A stretch of 64,000 bases of DNA from Ignavibacteria bacterium (GCA_014879675.1 JACSRQ010000101.1:901-64900), one strand, 5' to 3'; shown: positions 1-8,669, counted from the stretch's first letter. Notes: generated from the letters alone by a model not told the origin. Made by a program: numbers and translations.

Positions 1-640
1 TGCCCGAGACAATTATTCCCGAATTCTTAAATACGAATTTTTGCAGCAGGTAACTGGCATATGAAATTGTTGAGACAACCACGACTGTCAGCCAGATAGT
101 GTATGCTGAGAGTCCGACAAATGGTATATCCGGCGACTTAGGCGATATAGGCAGTATCACACCCGCTATTACGAGGAACTTCGCGAGGGTGGTGAACTCG
201 TTCATATCGATACCTTTAGAAACATTCTGGAGGAATTCCTTCCGCTCAACAAGTATCAGTACCGATACTACGATTACAACCGATATCCAAAGCGGCTGCG
301 TAATAACAAACGGTCCCAGTGTATAAGTAACAAGCGCAACCAGGATCGATGTGAGCCCGTATGATTTGGAATCCCGAACCTTGGTATAGTAGAATATTCC
401 AAGCAGCACGCCCAGAATACATGCGCCGGTAATATAAAGCAGCAATGTTTGGGGTGAAAGCGTGTACAGCATGAATCCAAACATGCCTATGAATGCGAGA
501 GTACGGTCAGTACCAAATGCAGGTGTGTTATCCGAGTCATCATAAGAGCGTTTTCTCTGCTCAAGTCCAAGCAGCAGCGAGAACGCAAGTGTGATCAGAA
601 AATTTATGAATACTTCCGGTATTTGAGCTAAGAGGTCCAT
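1..640 (-). CDS. MgtC/SapB-family membrane protein with DUF4010-like hydrophobic extension (N-terminal part; gene runs off window start)
   Basis: Absent from the ORF track because it has no in-window stop. I translated the minus strand from the ATG at 638-640 (MDLLAQIPEVFINFLITLAFSLLLGLEQRKRSYDD...). I checked codon by codon that the frame stays open to position 2. It is multi-TM with an LGLEQR-type MgtC N-terminus. Confidence 0.55.
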   Translation of the reverse strand, partial: MDLLAQIPEVFINFLITLAFSLLLGLEQRKRSYDDSDNTPAFGTDRTLAFIGMFGFMLYTLSPQTLLLYITGACILGVLLGIFYYTKVRDSKSYGLTSILVALVTYTLGPFVITQPLWISVVIVVSVLILVERKEFLQNVSKGIDMNEFTTLAKFLVIAGVILPISPKSPDIPFVGLSAYTIWLTVVVVSTISYASYLLQKFVFKNSGIIVSG

Positions 641-740
641 TGCTGAAGTTAAAAATATCGTATTTATAGTGGGAATTCAAGGGTATAACATGATGTCAGG
701 CGATTAAGAAATTGAGCTAACTCTTTTACATTCTTTTTCT

Positions 741-755
741 CTTTTAACCCTCACC
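741..755 (+). repeat. Solo terminus (cttttaaccctcacc) of the GC-rich hairpin repeat family
   Basis: Matches 14 of 15 nt with cttttgaccctcacc at 5302-5316, the left end of the full element. Confidence 0.3.
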
Positions 756-786
756 TAATCTCATTAAATTTGCTTTAAATTAATGG

Positions 787-826
787 ATACCCGTCTACCT
801 GCATACTGCAGGCACAGCGCGGGTAT
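787..826 (+). promoter_or_regulatory. Nested stem-loop in the leader of the adenine deaminase gene
   Basis: Outer stem atacccg (787-793) pairs with cgggtat (820-826). Inner stem cctgca (798-803) pairs with tgcagg (807-812). The structure ends 9 nt before the ATG at 836. Confidence 0.3.
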
Positions 827-835
827 GATTACTCA

Positions 836-2464
836 ATGGAACTCTCAGGAAATATAGTTGATGTTTTAAACCGAAGAATATATCCCGGTACTATTACAAT
901 TGAAAACGGATACATATCCCGTATTGCCGAAGGCGGGGGACCGTATGAAAATTATATAATGCCAGGATTCATTGATTCACACGTGCATGTTGAAAGCTCA
1001 ATGCTTGTTCCATCAGAGTTTGCACGCCTCTCGGTTCTGCATGGCACAGTTGCAACGGTTTCAGATCCCCACGAAATAGGAAATGTACTTGGTATAGCAG
1101 GTGTACGATATATGATAGATAACGGCAAAAAAGTGCCGTTCAAATTCTATTTTGGTGCGCCCTCATGCGTGCCCGCAACTTCTTTTGAAACTGCAGGCGC
1201 AGAAATTACATCAGGCGATATCCGTGAGCTATTCGAAAAGGACGGGCTTAAATACCTTAGCGAAATGATGAACTACCCTGGCGTATTACATCGCGACGCA
1301 CTCGTAATGGATAAGATCAACACAGCTCACGAGCTGGGCAGACCCGTTGACGGGCACGCTCCCGGCTTAAAAGGAGATGATGCTAAGAAGTATATAGAAG
1401 CCGGAATCAGTACAGATCATGAGTGTTTTACGCTTGATGAAGCATCAGGCAAAATTCAAAACGGAATGAAAATTCTCATCCGCGAAGGCTCGGCAGCAAA
1501 GAATTACGAAGCGCTTCACCCGCTGCTGAAGAGCCATCCGGATATGGTTATGTTTTGCAGCGATGATAAACATCCCAATGACCTTGTTGTAAGCCAGATA
1601 GATGACCATGTACGGCGCTCTATAGCTTATGGCTATGATTTGTTCGATGTGCTCACTGCCGCATGCGTGAATCCGGTGATGCATTACAAGCTTGAAGTTG
1701 GCTTGCTGCAGCAGGGAAATGCTGCGGATATGATAGTGGTAAACAATTTAACTGATTTCAAAGTTTTGCAGACATATATTGATGGAAAGCTTGTAGCAGA
1801 TTCCGGCAAAACTCTTATAGAAAGAGTGCCGGCCGAAATTGTTAACAACTTCAATACTTCCCGCAAACATGAAAAGGATTTCCAGGTTGAAGTGCATGTT
1901 GATGGAGCTCCTGTAATACGGGTGATCAAAGCCATAGAAGGGCAGCTTATTACCGAAGAACTTCATGAGCCGGGCAAACTTTTTGATACAAGACTCGTAT
2001 CCAATACTGCGAATGATGTGCTAAAGATAGCGGTTGTTGAAAGATACGGCAATTCAAAGCCCGCGGTCGGATTCATTCGAAATTTCGGACTCAAAAAGGG
2101 CGCTATCGCTTCATGTGTTGCGCATGATTCACACAATATCATCTGCGTAGGCGTGAGCGATGAAGATATTACAAATGCTGTGAACGGAATTATTGATTAT
2201 AAGGGCGGCATTTCAGTTTCTTTTGATGGTAATGTGGAAGTTCTCCCCCTTCCTGTTGCAGGCATTATGACAAACGAAGAGGGATATTCGATAGCTGAAA
2301 AATATACCCGCTTAGATGCCATGGCAAAAGAGCTTGGAACAAAGCTTCATGCACCGTTTATGACGCTTTCATTCATGGCGCTGCTTGTAATACCGCAGCT
2401 AAAGCTGAGCGATAAAGGACTTTTCGATGGCCGCAAGTTTGAGTTTGTAGATCTGTTTGTATAA
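836..2464 (+). CDS. ade: Adenine deaminase (amidohydrolase superfamily)
   Basis: 542-aa ORF with GFIDSHVHVESS metal-binding signature, VDGHAPGLKG and AHDSHNIICVG motifs. The overall layout is that of adenine deaminase. Confidence 0.9.
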   Translation: MELSGNIVDVLNRRIYPGTITIENGYISRIAEGGGPYENYIMPGFIDSHVHVESSMLVPSEFARLSVLHGTVATVSDPHEIGNVLGIAGVRYMIDNGKKVPFKFYFGAPSCVPATSFETAGAEITSGDIRELFEKDGLKYLSEMMNYPGVLHRDALVMDKINTAHELGRPVDGHAPGLKGDDAKKYIEAGISTDHECFTLDEASGKIQNGMKILIREGSAAKNYEALHPLLKSHPDMVMFCSDDKHPNDLVVSQIDDHVRRSIAYGYDLFDVLTAACVNPVMHYKLEVGLLQQGNAADMIVVNNLTDFKVLQTYIDGKLVADSGKTLIERVPAEIVNNFNTSRKHEKDFQVEVHVDGAPVIRVIKAIEGQLITEELHEPGKLFDTRLVSNTANDVLKIAVVERYGNSKPAVGFIRNFGLKKGAIASCVAHDSHNIICVGVSDEDITNAVNGIIDYKGGISVSFDGNVEVLPLPVAGIMTNEEGYSIAEKYTRLDAMAKELGTKLHAPFMTLSFMALLVIPQLKLSDKGLFDGRKFEFVDLFV

Positions 2465-2540
2465 ACACGGGTAATCAGCAAAGACAATTAGGAGTTTATT
2501 TTGTGATTTGTTTGTGTTTTTTTGGTGTAAACTTGAAATT

Positions 2541-2598
2541 ACCCCCACCCAGTCTCCTCCTTTGCAGGGGGAGAGGAGAACACAACGAAGTTGTGTTC
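2541..2598 (+). repeat. GC-rich hairpin repeat, copy of hairpin-1 module of the 5302-5452 element
   Basis: acccccacccagtctcctcc...gggggagaggagaacacaac aligns in the same orientation with acccccggcccctctccc...gggagaggggcgaaacaac at 5313-5372. A GAA-triloop hairpin, acacaac/gttgtgt, follows at 2580-2596. Confidence 0.5.
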
Positions 2599-2615
2599 GA
2601 CGTAGAGGTGCTGCA

Positions 2616-3149
2616 ATGAATATGAATTCTTTCACGATAAATAATATACAATACACCATCAGGCCTTTTGATGAATCTGTTGATTCAGTTGAAGAGCTGA
2701 CAGAGCTGCTGCACCGCGCATATAAACGGCTTGCGGATATGGGGCTGAATTTTATAGCAACTTTTCAAACAGCAGAATACACCCGAAACTATTTTAAAAA
2801 GGGAGAGTGTTTTATCTTAACCAGCGGCGAAGAAATTTCGGGTACCATTTTCTATCAAACCGTTATGTGGGATGATGCGCCGGAAATTTATAAAGATCCG
2901 GATTCCGTTTTAGTCGGTAAGTTTGCCGTTGAACCTGAACTACAGAAAATGAGGCTGGGTGAAAAACTGATGGATTTTGTTGAGTCCTATGCTGCCAAGA
3001 ATGGAAAGAAAAGAGTTGTACTGGATACATCTGAAAAGGCGCTTCATCTAATAGAGTATTATACCCGGCGTGGTTATAAATTCATCGAAAACTGGCAATG
3101 GCCGGATGTAAATTACCGAAGTGTAATAATGAGCAAGGAAATATCTTAA
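2616..3149 (+). CDS. GNAT family N-acetyltransferase (PaiA-like position)
   Basis: The ORF track gives 2508..3149. I trimmed it to the ATG at 2616 because the first 36 codons translate the GC-rich repeat. GNAT-like core: VGKFAVEPELQKMRLGEKLM and YTRRGYKF. The stop is 3 nt before the paiB-like gene. Confidence 0.7.
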   Translation: MNMNSFTINNIQYTIRPFDESVDSVEELTELLHRAYKRLADMGLNFIATFQTAEYTRNYFKKGECFILTSGEEISGTIFYQTVMWDDAPEIYKDPDSVLVGKFAVEPELQKMRLGEKLMDFVESYAAKNGKKRVVLDTSEKALHLIEYYTRRGYKFIENWQWPDVNYRSVIMSKEIS

Positions 3150-3152
3150 AGT

Positions 3153-3767
3153 ATGTATATACCAAAACATTTTGAAGAAAAAGATACAACGGTACTGGTT
3201 GAGTTCATGAAGGAATTCAACTTTGCCGCTATTGTTAGTTCAGCGAAGAAAAGATACTGGGCAACTCATCTGCCTTTCATTGTATCGCAGCGGGGTGAAA
3301 AAATCATTCTGCGTGCGCACATGGCTAAATCAAATCCCCAATGGGCCAGCTTCAAAGATGGTGAAGAAGTGCTGGTAATATTCCAGGAACCGCATGTTTA
3401 TATTTCACCTTCACTTTACGAAAACAAAGTGAGCGTTCCAACCTGGAACTACATCGCTGTTCATGCCTATGGCGTGCCGAAGCAATTGCCTTCGAGGGAA
3501 GAGCGTATCAGCTTGCTGGAAGAATCCTTCGAAGTATTTGAATCCTCGTTCCGCAAGCAGTGGGATACACTGCCGGCTGATTACCGCGATGAGCTGCTGG
3601 AGGGTATTGTTGCATTTGAAATTCAGGTCACAAGTATTGAGGGAAAATTCAAACTGAGCCAGAATCGGACCGATGGCGATAGGGAGAGAATAGTGCAAAA
3701 TCTTGGTGATTCTGATGAAAAAGTTAAGTCAGATATTGCCCGATACATGAATAAGCCTCCAAAATAA
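3153..3767 (+). CDS. paiB: FMN-binding negative transcriptional regulator, PaiB family
   Basis: 204 aa. The MYIPKHFEEKD N-terminus and the KFKLSQNR motif are typical of the PaiB split-barrel family. It follows a GNAT gene, as in the Bacillus subtilis paiA-paiB pair. Confidence 0.8.
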   Translation: MYIPKHFEEKDTTVLVEFMKEFNFAAIVSSAKKRYWATHLPFIVSQRGEKIILRAHMAKSNPQWASFKDGEEVLVIFQEPHVYISPSLYENKVSVPTWNYIAVHAYGVPKQLPSREERISLLEESFEVFESSFRKQWDTLPADYRDELLEGIVAFEIQVTSIEGKFKLSQNRTDGDRERIVQNLGDSDEKVKSDIARYMNKPPK

Positions 3768-3884
3768 CTCTGTAAACTCTTGTAATAACAATTCTATAAT
3801 TATTTGTTTGACTAACGTTTTTAAGGTATTCCGACATAAATATATTTAGGTTATCTTAGGTTCAATTAAAAAGGAAGATATAGT

Positions 3885-4130
3885 TTGCAGATAGCAAATT
3901 TCGTGGGGCGAAAATTTATGGCTAAAAGTAATCAGCCTAAAACAGTTTTGGCATCGGGTAATACTTCAATAATTTCAGTGGCGGAATCACTGCTTAATGA
4001 TGCTGGTATTGCATATTCAATATGTAAAAACGGGGTGACCGAGGTACAGGTAACCGGCGATGAGAATATAATGAACGCGAGAAAGATCCTTATCGATCTG
4101 GAAGAGCTGGATTTCCACGATAACAAGTAA
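3885..4130 (+). CDS. Small hypothetical protein (DUF2007-like putative signal-transducing fold)
   Basis: 81-aa ORF. The TTG at 3885 is preceded by aaggaag 7 nt upstream. An alternative ATG lies at 3918. A strong terminator follows. Confidence 0.4.
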   Translation: MQIANFVGRKFMAKSNQPKTVLASGNTSIISVAESLLNDAGIAYSICKNGVTEVQVTGDENIMNARKILIDLEELDFHDNK

Positions 4131-4180
4131 CACTAAATTTTGAATTATATTTTAGTTTAATAAATAAAGTTTTAAATTTG

Positions 4181-4206
4181 AGCGGAGCAGGCCTCCGCTT
4201 TTTTTA
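4181..4206 (+). terminator. Rho-independent terminator
   Basis: Stem agcggag / ctccgct with a 5-nt loop, followed by a T8 run. Confidence 0.8.
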
Positions 4207-4234
4207 TGCCCTCCAAACATAAAAAATAAAATAA

Positions 4235-5236
4235 ATGAAAAAAATTCTCATCCTGGGCGGCACCGGATTTGTGGGCCGCATTCTTACCGAAAACCTCATA
4301 AAAGAAAATATCCATCCAGTTCTCTTTAACCGGGGAAAACGTTCACCGGGAATATTCCCTGAGCTTCGGCATATCACCGGCGATAGAATGGTGAAGGAAG
4401 ATATCAAACAGATCGCTGCGGAAAGCTGGGATGTTGTAATTGACTTTAGCTGCATGTTTCCGGTAAACCTTGATGAAATCACAGAATCATTGAAAGGCAA
4501 AGCCGGCAGGTATATTTTTGTTTCAACTTGCAGTGTTTACCCGATGGATGATCCTGAAATGTGGAAGGTGCCCGTGGATGAATCCACTGAAACACTGCCA
4601 TGTACCGAAGAACAGAAAGTGGATCCCGACATACTTCCAACATACGGCCAGAAGAAAGCCGAATGCGAAAGGATACTGCTGGCTAAGGATTGGCTTGACA
4701 CCATTATTTTCCGGCCCGGACTGATTTACGGGAGATATGATTACACTGACCGATTCTACTACTGGCTTCACCGCGCGCACAGTGTTAACCCGATCTTGCT
4801 GCCGGAAGAGGGCAGGGAGAAGTTCACGGCTACTTATAGTGAGGATTTTGCCGCGCTGATAAGATCGGCAATTGATATAAAATCGCACAACAAGGTTTAT
4901 AATGCTGTTACTCACTCACCGGTCTCGCTCAAAGAATACCTGGATGAATCCTGCAGGCAGCTTGGTACATCGCCTGAATTTGTGAATGTGAATATGGATT
5001 TCATTGAGAAAAATGAGCTTCAGCCATGGGGTGACTTGCCTGCATGGGTAGGAGCAATGGAACTTGTTTTGGATTATTCCAAAGCACTGAGGGATTTCCC
5101 CGTAAAATTCCATACATTCAATGAAAGCCTGAAAGGCTGCATAGATTATTATTCCTCTTTAAGCTGGAAGGTACCTGTTGCCGGACTTACTCCCGAAAGA
5201 GAACAGGAACTGATAAAAATAGCTCGAACCGTTTAA
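4235..5236 (+). CDS. NAD-dependent epimerase/dehydratase family (atypical SDR) protein
   Basis: 333 aa with an N-terminal Rossmann motif MKKILILGGTGFVGRIL. Confidence 0.75.
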   Translation: MKKILILGGTGFVGRILTENLIKENIHPVLFNRGKRSPGIFPELRHITGDRMVKEDIKQIAAESWDVVIDFSCMFPVNLDEITESLKGKAGRYIFVSTCSVYPMDDPEMWKVPVDESTETLPCTEEQKVDPDILPTYGQKKAECERILLAKDWLDTIIFRPGLIYGRYDYTDRFYYWLHRAHSVNPILLPEEGREKFTATYSEDFAALIRSAIDIKSHNKVYNAVTHSPVSLKEYLDESCRQLGTSPEFVNVNMDFIEKNELQPWGDLPAWVGAMELVLDYSKALRDFPVKFHTFNESLKGCIDYYSSLSWKVPVAGLTPEREQELIKIARTV

Positions 5237-5301
5237 TTTTTGTCCAATTCAGCCGCGAAGTTATAAGTACACGACAGTAAAACATTTACTTATTAATCTT
5301 G

Positions 5302-5452
5302 CTTTTGACCCTCACCCCCGGCCCCTCTCCCAAACTGCTGATGCAGTCAAGAGGGAGAGGGGCGAAACAACTCGAAAATTTCTCAGTTCCCCCTCTCCTC
5401 TCAGGAGAGGGGGTTAGGGGGTGTGGTCAACCATATTGGAATTTAGGGTCAA
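5302..5452 (+). repeat. Composite GC-rich hairpin element with inverted termini (MITE-like)
   Basis: Terminal inverted repeat ttgaccct (5305-5312) / agggtcaa (5445-5452). Hairpin 1: gcccctctccc (5321-5331) / gggagaggggc (5353-5363). Hairpin 2: ccccctctcc (5389-5398) / ggagaggggg (5404-5413). The direct repeat cgcgaagttata flanks it at 5254-5265 and 5508-5519. Confidence 0.55.
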
Positions 5453-5685
5453 CAAATTCTTCTATCATAGCTTTTGGGGTATTTTTTATTAACTGTCATG
5501 TACTAAGCGCGAAGTTATACAGCATGATTTCGCGGCAATCACTTCGGTTTACCTTATTCAGAATTAGACCTAAGGACTGCTCCGCGGAGAGGGCAGCGTC
5601 GGGCTCACTTAACAAATCCATAATCCACCCGGTACTTCCATAAAATTCCATACACTTCATCCTTGACAAAGTATTAATTATGACT

Positions 5686-5693
5686 TAACTTTG
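5686..5693 (+). promoter_or_regulatory. Candidate Bacteroidota-type -7 promoter box (TAACTTTG)
   Basis: Fits TAnnTTTG and lies 40 nt upstream of the ATG at 5734. A TTG at 5663 could be a -33 element. The same 9-mer, ttaactttg, recurs upstream of two other genes. Confidence 0.3.
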
Positions 5694-5733
5694 TACTGCA
5701 AAGTACTTTTAGCTGGAAATTAAAACTTGTATT

Positions 5734-6381
5734 ATGAGTGATATCAATAACCCCAAGGATAGCAGCACCGAACACCTCAAAAACCTTAGCGAGATTAGAA
5801 GTTTAATGGAGCGGTCTTCAAGTTTTATTTCGCTCAGCGGCCTCTCTGGTGTCAGTGCAGGGATAATGGGGCTTCTCGCCGCATATCTGCTCAACAGCAG
5901 ACTGAAACCGTTTCTGGACCGCAGCATCGATTATGAAATGAGCGGGGTCACCAGGGTTGATCTCATCATGTACGGGATTTGGGTTTCGGCTGCGGTGCTT
6001 GTAATGACATTTGCGCTGGCAATATATTTCACATCACGCAAAGCAAAAAAGAGCGGCCTGCCTGTTTGGGATGGCTCGGCTAAAAGACTTGTTTTGAGCC
6101 TGTTCATTCCGCTTGTCACCGGCGGATTGTTCTGCCTTATACTCATTTATCATTATTTCGATTGGCTCGTGCTGCCTTCGATGCTGATATTTTATGGACT
6201 GGCACTTATCAATGCAGGTAAATACACATTGAGCGAGATCAGGTGGTTGGGTATCTCTGAAATAATTCTCGGGCTACTGGCAGCAGTATTCTTAAGCGAA
6301 GCAATCATTTTCTGGGCAGCCGGATTCGGAGTTATGAATATCATTTACGGATTAGTAATGTATATAAGGCATGAGAAATGA
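5734..6381 (+). CDS. Integral membrane protein of unknown function
   Basis: 215 aa. A soluble N-terminal 30 aa is followed by about 5 hydrophobic helices. It lies directly upstream of the HTH_34 regulator. Confidence 0.6.
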   Translation: MSDINNPKDSSTEHLKNLSEIRSLMERSSSFISLSGLSGVSAGIMGLLAAYLLNSRLKPFLDRSIDYEMSGVTRVDLIMYGIWVSAAVLVMTFALAIYFTSRKAKKSGLPVWDGSAKRLVLSLFIPLVTGGLFCLILIYHYFDWLVLPSMLIFYGLALINAGKYTLSEIRWLGISEIILGLLAAVFLSEAIIFWAAGFGVMNIIYGLVMYIRHEK

Positions 6382-6409
6382 AAAGAACTGATCCGGTTTA
6401 TCCGCGAAA

Positions 6410-6712
6410 TTGAAAGATATACTAGAAAATATAAACAAGCTGTTTGAAAGCAAGGTGCGGCTTGGCATAATGTCGCTGCTTGTTGTCAACGAATCGGTTG
6501 ACTTCAACACCCTCAAGCAATACCTGGAAGTTACGGATGGAAATTTAGCGAGCCATATTTCAGCGCTCGAAAAAGCAAAATACGTAAAGGTTAATAAATC
6601 ATTTATCGGCAAAAAGCCGAACACAACATACTCGGTCACAGCCGGGGGAAGGAGAGCATTTAACGAACATCTCGACGCATTGGAAAGGTTAATAAGCGGC
6701 AGGCAGAAATAA
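6410..6712 (+). CDS. Winged-helix transcriptional regulator (HTH_34 / PF13601-like)
   Basis: 100 aa with a TTG start. LFESKVRLGIMSLLVVNESVDFNTLKQYLEVTDGNLASHISALEKAKYVKV...TTYSVTAGGRRAFNEHL follows the HTH_34 consensus closely. Confidence 0.75.
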   Translation: MKDILENINKLFESKVRLGIMSLLVVNESVDFNTLKQYLEVTDGNLASHISALEKAKYVKVNKSFIGKKPNTTYSVTAGGRRAFNEHLDALERLISGRQK

Positions 6713-6887
6713 TAAATTATCACTGCTGCAAAACTAGTTATGAACTTATTTTTTGAACAAATAATACCGGGTATAATTCACTTTAAGGATAAACGCCATG
6801 AAAGGGGAACACAATTCATCCCGTCTGCGTATAAAGGTTACAATATTTCCAATTATCCTGTTGTTACAGCCTTGAAAGGGGAGTTTA

Positions 6888-8669
6888 ATGATTAAGCCGC
6901 GTTTCCTGATGACGATTATTTTGCTTGTAATATTCAACTTCTCCTTTTGGGGCGAAAAGCTGGGAATAAATCTTTTTTTGTTTTTCTTCCTTGGTATAAT
7001 CTCGATGATGTTCATCAATGAAGAAAATATCAAAAATAAGAACGTGATCGTTTCCATGTTTGCGCTCCTGTACTCGCTTGCAATGGTGATTGTGAATAAC
7101 TCATTTTATTCAAAGTTCTCCTCCATAATTTGTTTCATGATATTTACCGGTTTCATTCACCAGCCGGCACTTAAAACGGCATACAACGCAGTATTTACAA
7201 CTGTTGCGGATTTTGTCATCTTCCCATACAATGTATATTCAGAACTGAAGTACTCTTCAACAAAGTTCAAGCCGGTCAGAATAATCCTGAAATTTACGAA
7301 ACTTGCATTTATTCCCGTAATATTTTTTGTAATATTCTACGCAATTTATGCCTATGCAAACCCGGTTTTTAATTCATACTCTGTTTCGTTCTGGGATACG
7401 ATCGGCAAATATCTTTATGATGTTTTCATAAATTACCCGATCCTAAGGTTCTTCTACCTGCTTTTCGGATTAATGATAATCATGGCATTCATGTACAATC
7501 GCAGGATACATATTTTCAGCGATATTGATAATGCGTATCTTGATACTCTGCACAGATCAAAGCAGTTTAAAGTACACTCCCTCTCAAGGCCTGTTGTAAA
7601 ATCACATCTGATGTACACTCTGTTTTCATACCGATTCAAGTTCAATACGCTTAAGCTTGAAACCAGGATGGGGATAGTTCTGCTGGGTATGATGAACGCC
7701 CTGCTGCTTTTGCTGAATGTGATCGATATACAGGTTACATGGCTTGGATTCAACGTTGGAGAAATAGAAAATCTTGCATACTATGTGCATGAAGGCACAT
7801 ATTACCTCATCTTCAGCATACTGCTTTCAATGGCGATCCTGCTTGTGATCTTTCGGGGCAGCCAGAACTACTATGCAAAGAACAGGCTACTGAAAATGCT
7901 TGCTTTTCTTTGGCTTGCGCAGAATGCTTTCATGGCGGTTTCAGTAGCTTTGAGGAATATTTATTATATAGAGTTCTACTACGCTTTATCCTACAAAAGA
8001 ATTGGAGTTATGATATTTATCCTTCTCACCTTGTTTGGTCTTGGCACATTGTTCTTCAAGATCTACGCTCGGAAAACAACATCATTCCTGTTTAAGATCA
8101 ACAGTACGGCTGTTGTTGTGGTGCTTCTGCTGATGAGTACATTCAGCTGGGATAAAACCATCGCTGAATTCAATCTCTCGAATCCCGATAAAAGCGCAGT
8201 AGATATTGAGTATCTCTTAAGGCTTTCAGATGACGCTTTGCCTATACTGGATTCACATAAAGAGCTGCTTGATAAAGATTACCTGCAGTACAGCTTCATT
8301 TTCAGTGATTACTCCAACGGGCTTGATGAATACAAAAGGCGGGTTCACAAGTTTCTTTCAGAGCAGATAAGATATACATGGCTTTCATGGAATCTTTCTG
8401 ACAGGAATACCCTGGATTTCTATATAGCAAATGAGTTTGAGAAAAAATATCCATACAGATCTACAGATCGGAACAGAATGGACAATAATGATATTAAAGT
8501 TGTACCGCCGGAAGTTAAGCCAAAAAGTGAAGCTCCTGTGGATACAAACCAAATGAATAAGGAAGTGAACAAAATAGAAGTAGGAAATGTACCCCGTTTA
8601 GATTTAAGGGGTACTTCAAAGAAGGATACTGTGGTAATTGCACCGAAACTTGAACAAAAGACCCGGTAG
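6888..8669 (+). CDS. Polytopic membrane protein, DUF4173/DUF4153-like
   Basis: 593 aa with roughly 12 predicted TM helices and a charged low-complexity C-terminal tail. An SD-like aaaggggag precedes the ATG. Confidence 0.55.
   Translation: MIKPRFLMTIILLVIFNFSFWGEKLGINLFLFFFLGIISMMFINEENIKNKNVIVSMFALLYSLAMVIVNNSFYSKFSSIICFMIFTGFIHQPALKTAYNAVFTTVADFVIFPYNVYSELKYSSTKFKPVRIILKFTKLAFIPVIFFVIFYAIYAYANPVFNSYSVSFWDTIGKYLYDVFINYPILRFFYLLFGLMIIMAFMYNRRIHIFSDIDNAYLDTLHRSKQFKVHSLSRPVVKSHLMYTLFSYRFKFNTLKLETRMGIVLLGMMNALLLLLNVIDIQVTWLGFNVGEIENLAYYVHEGTYYLIFSILLSMAILLVIFRGSQNYYAKNRLLKMLAFLWLAQNAFMAVSVALRNIYYIEFYYALSYKRIGVMIFILLTLFGLGTLFFKIYARKTTSFLFKINSTAVVVVLLLMSTFSWDKTIAEFNLSNPDKSAVDIEYLLRLSDDALPILDSHKELLDKDYLQYSFIFSDYSNGLDEYKRRVHKFLSEQIRYTWLSWNLSDRNTLDFYIANEFEKKYPYRSTDRNRMDNNDIKVVPPEVKPKSEAPVDTNQMNKEVNKIEVGNVPRLDLRGTSKKDTVVIAPKLEQKTR

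Noticed and set aside
641-835. Purine riboswitch upstream of adenine deaminase
   Set aside because: The hairpins present do not reproduce the three-way junction and conserved loop sequences of the purine riboswitch as I remember them. They are kept only as an unclassified structured leader.
2508-2615. N-terminal 36 codons of the GNAT ORF as given in the track
   Set aside because: They cover the repeat element (PTQSPPLQGERRTQRSCVRRRG). The GNAT domain starts after the ATG at 2616.
5299-5643. 114-aa ORF from the track (MLLTLTPGPSPKLLMQSRGRGAKQ...)
   Set aside because: It is the translation of the GC-rich hairpin element plus AT-rich spacer. The sequence is low-complexity Pro/Gly/Arg. It has no ribosome-binding site and no domain-like sequence. 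Similar peptide artefacts arise from the copy at 2541-2598.
5237-5733. CRISPR-like or tandem guide array in the largest non-coding gap
   Set aside because: There are only two dissimilar hairpins and one 12-bp direct repeat pair. There is no regularly spaced repeat-spacer periodicity, and no cas or other effector genes are nearby.
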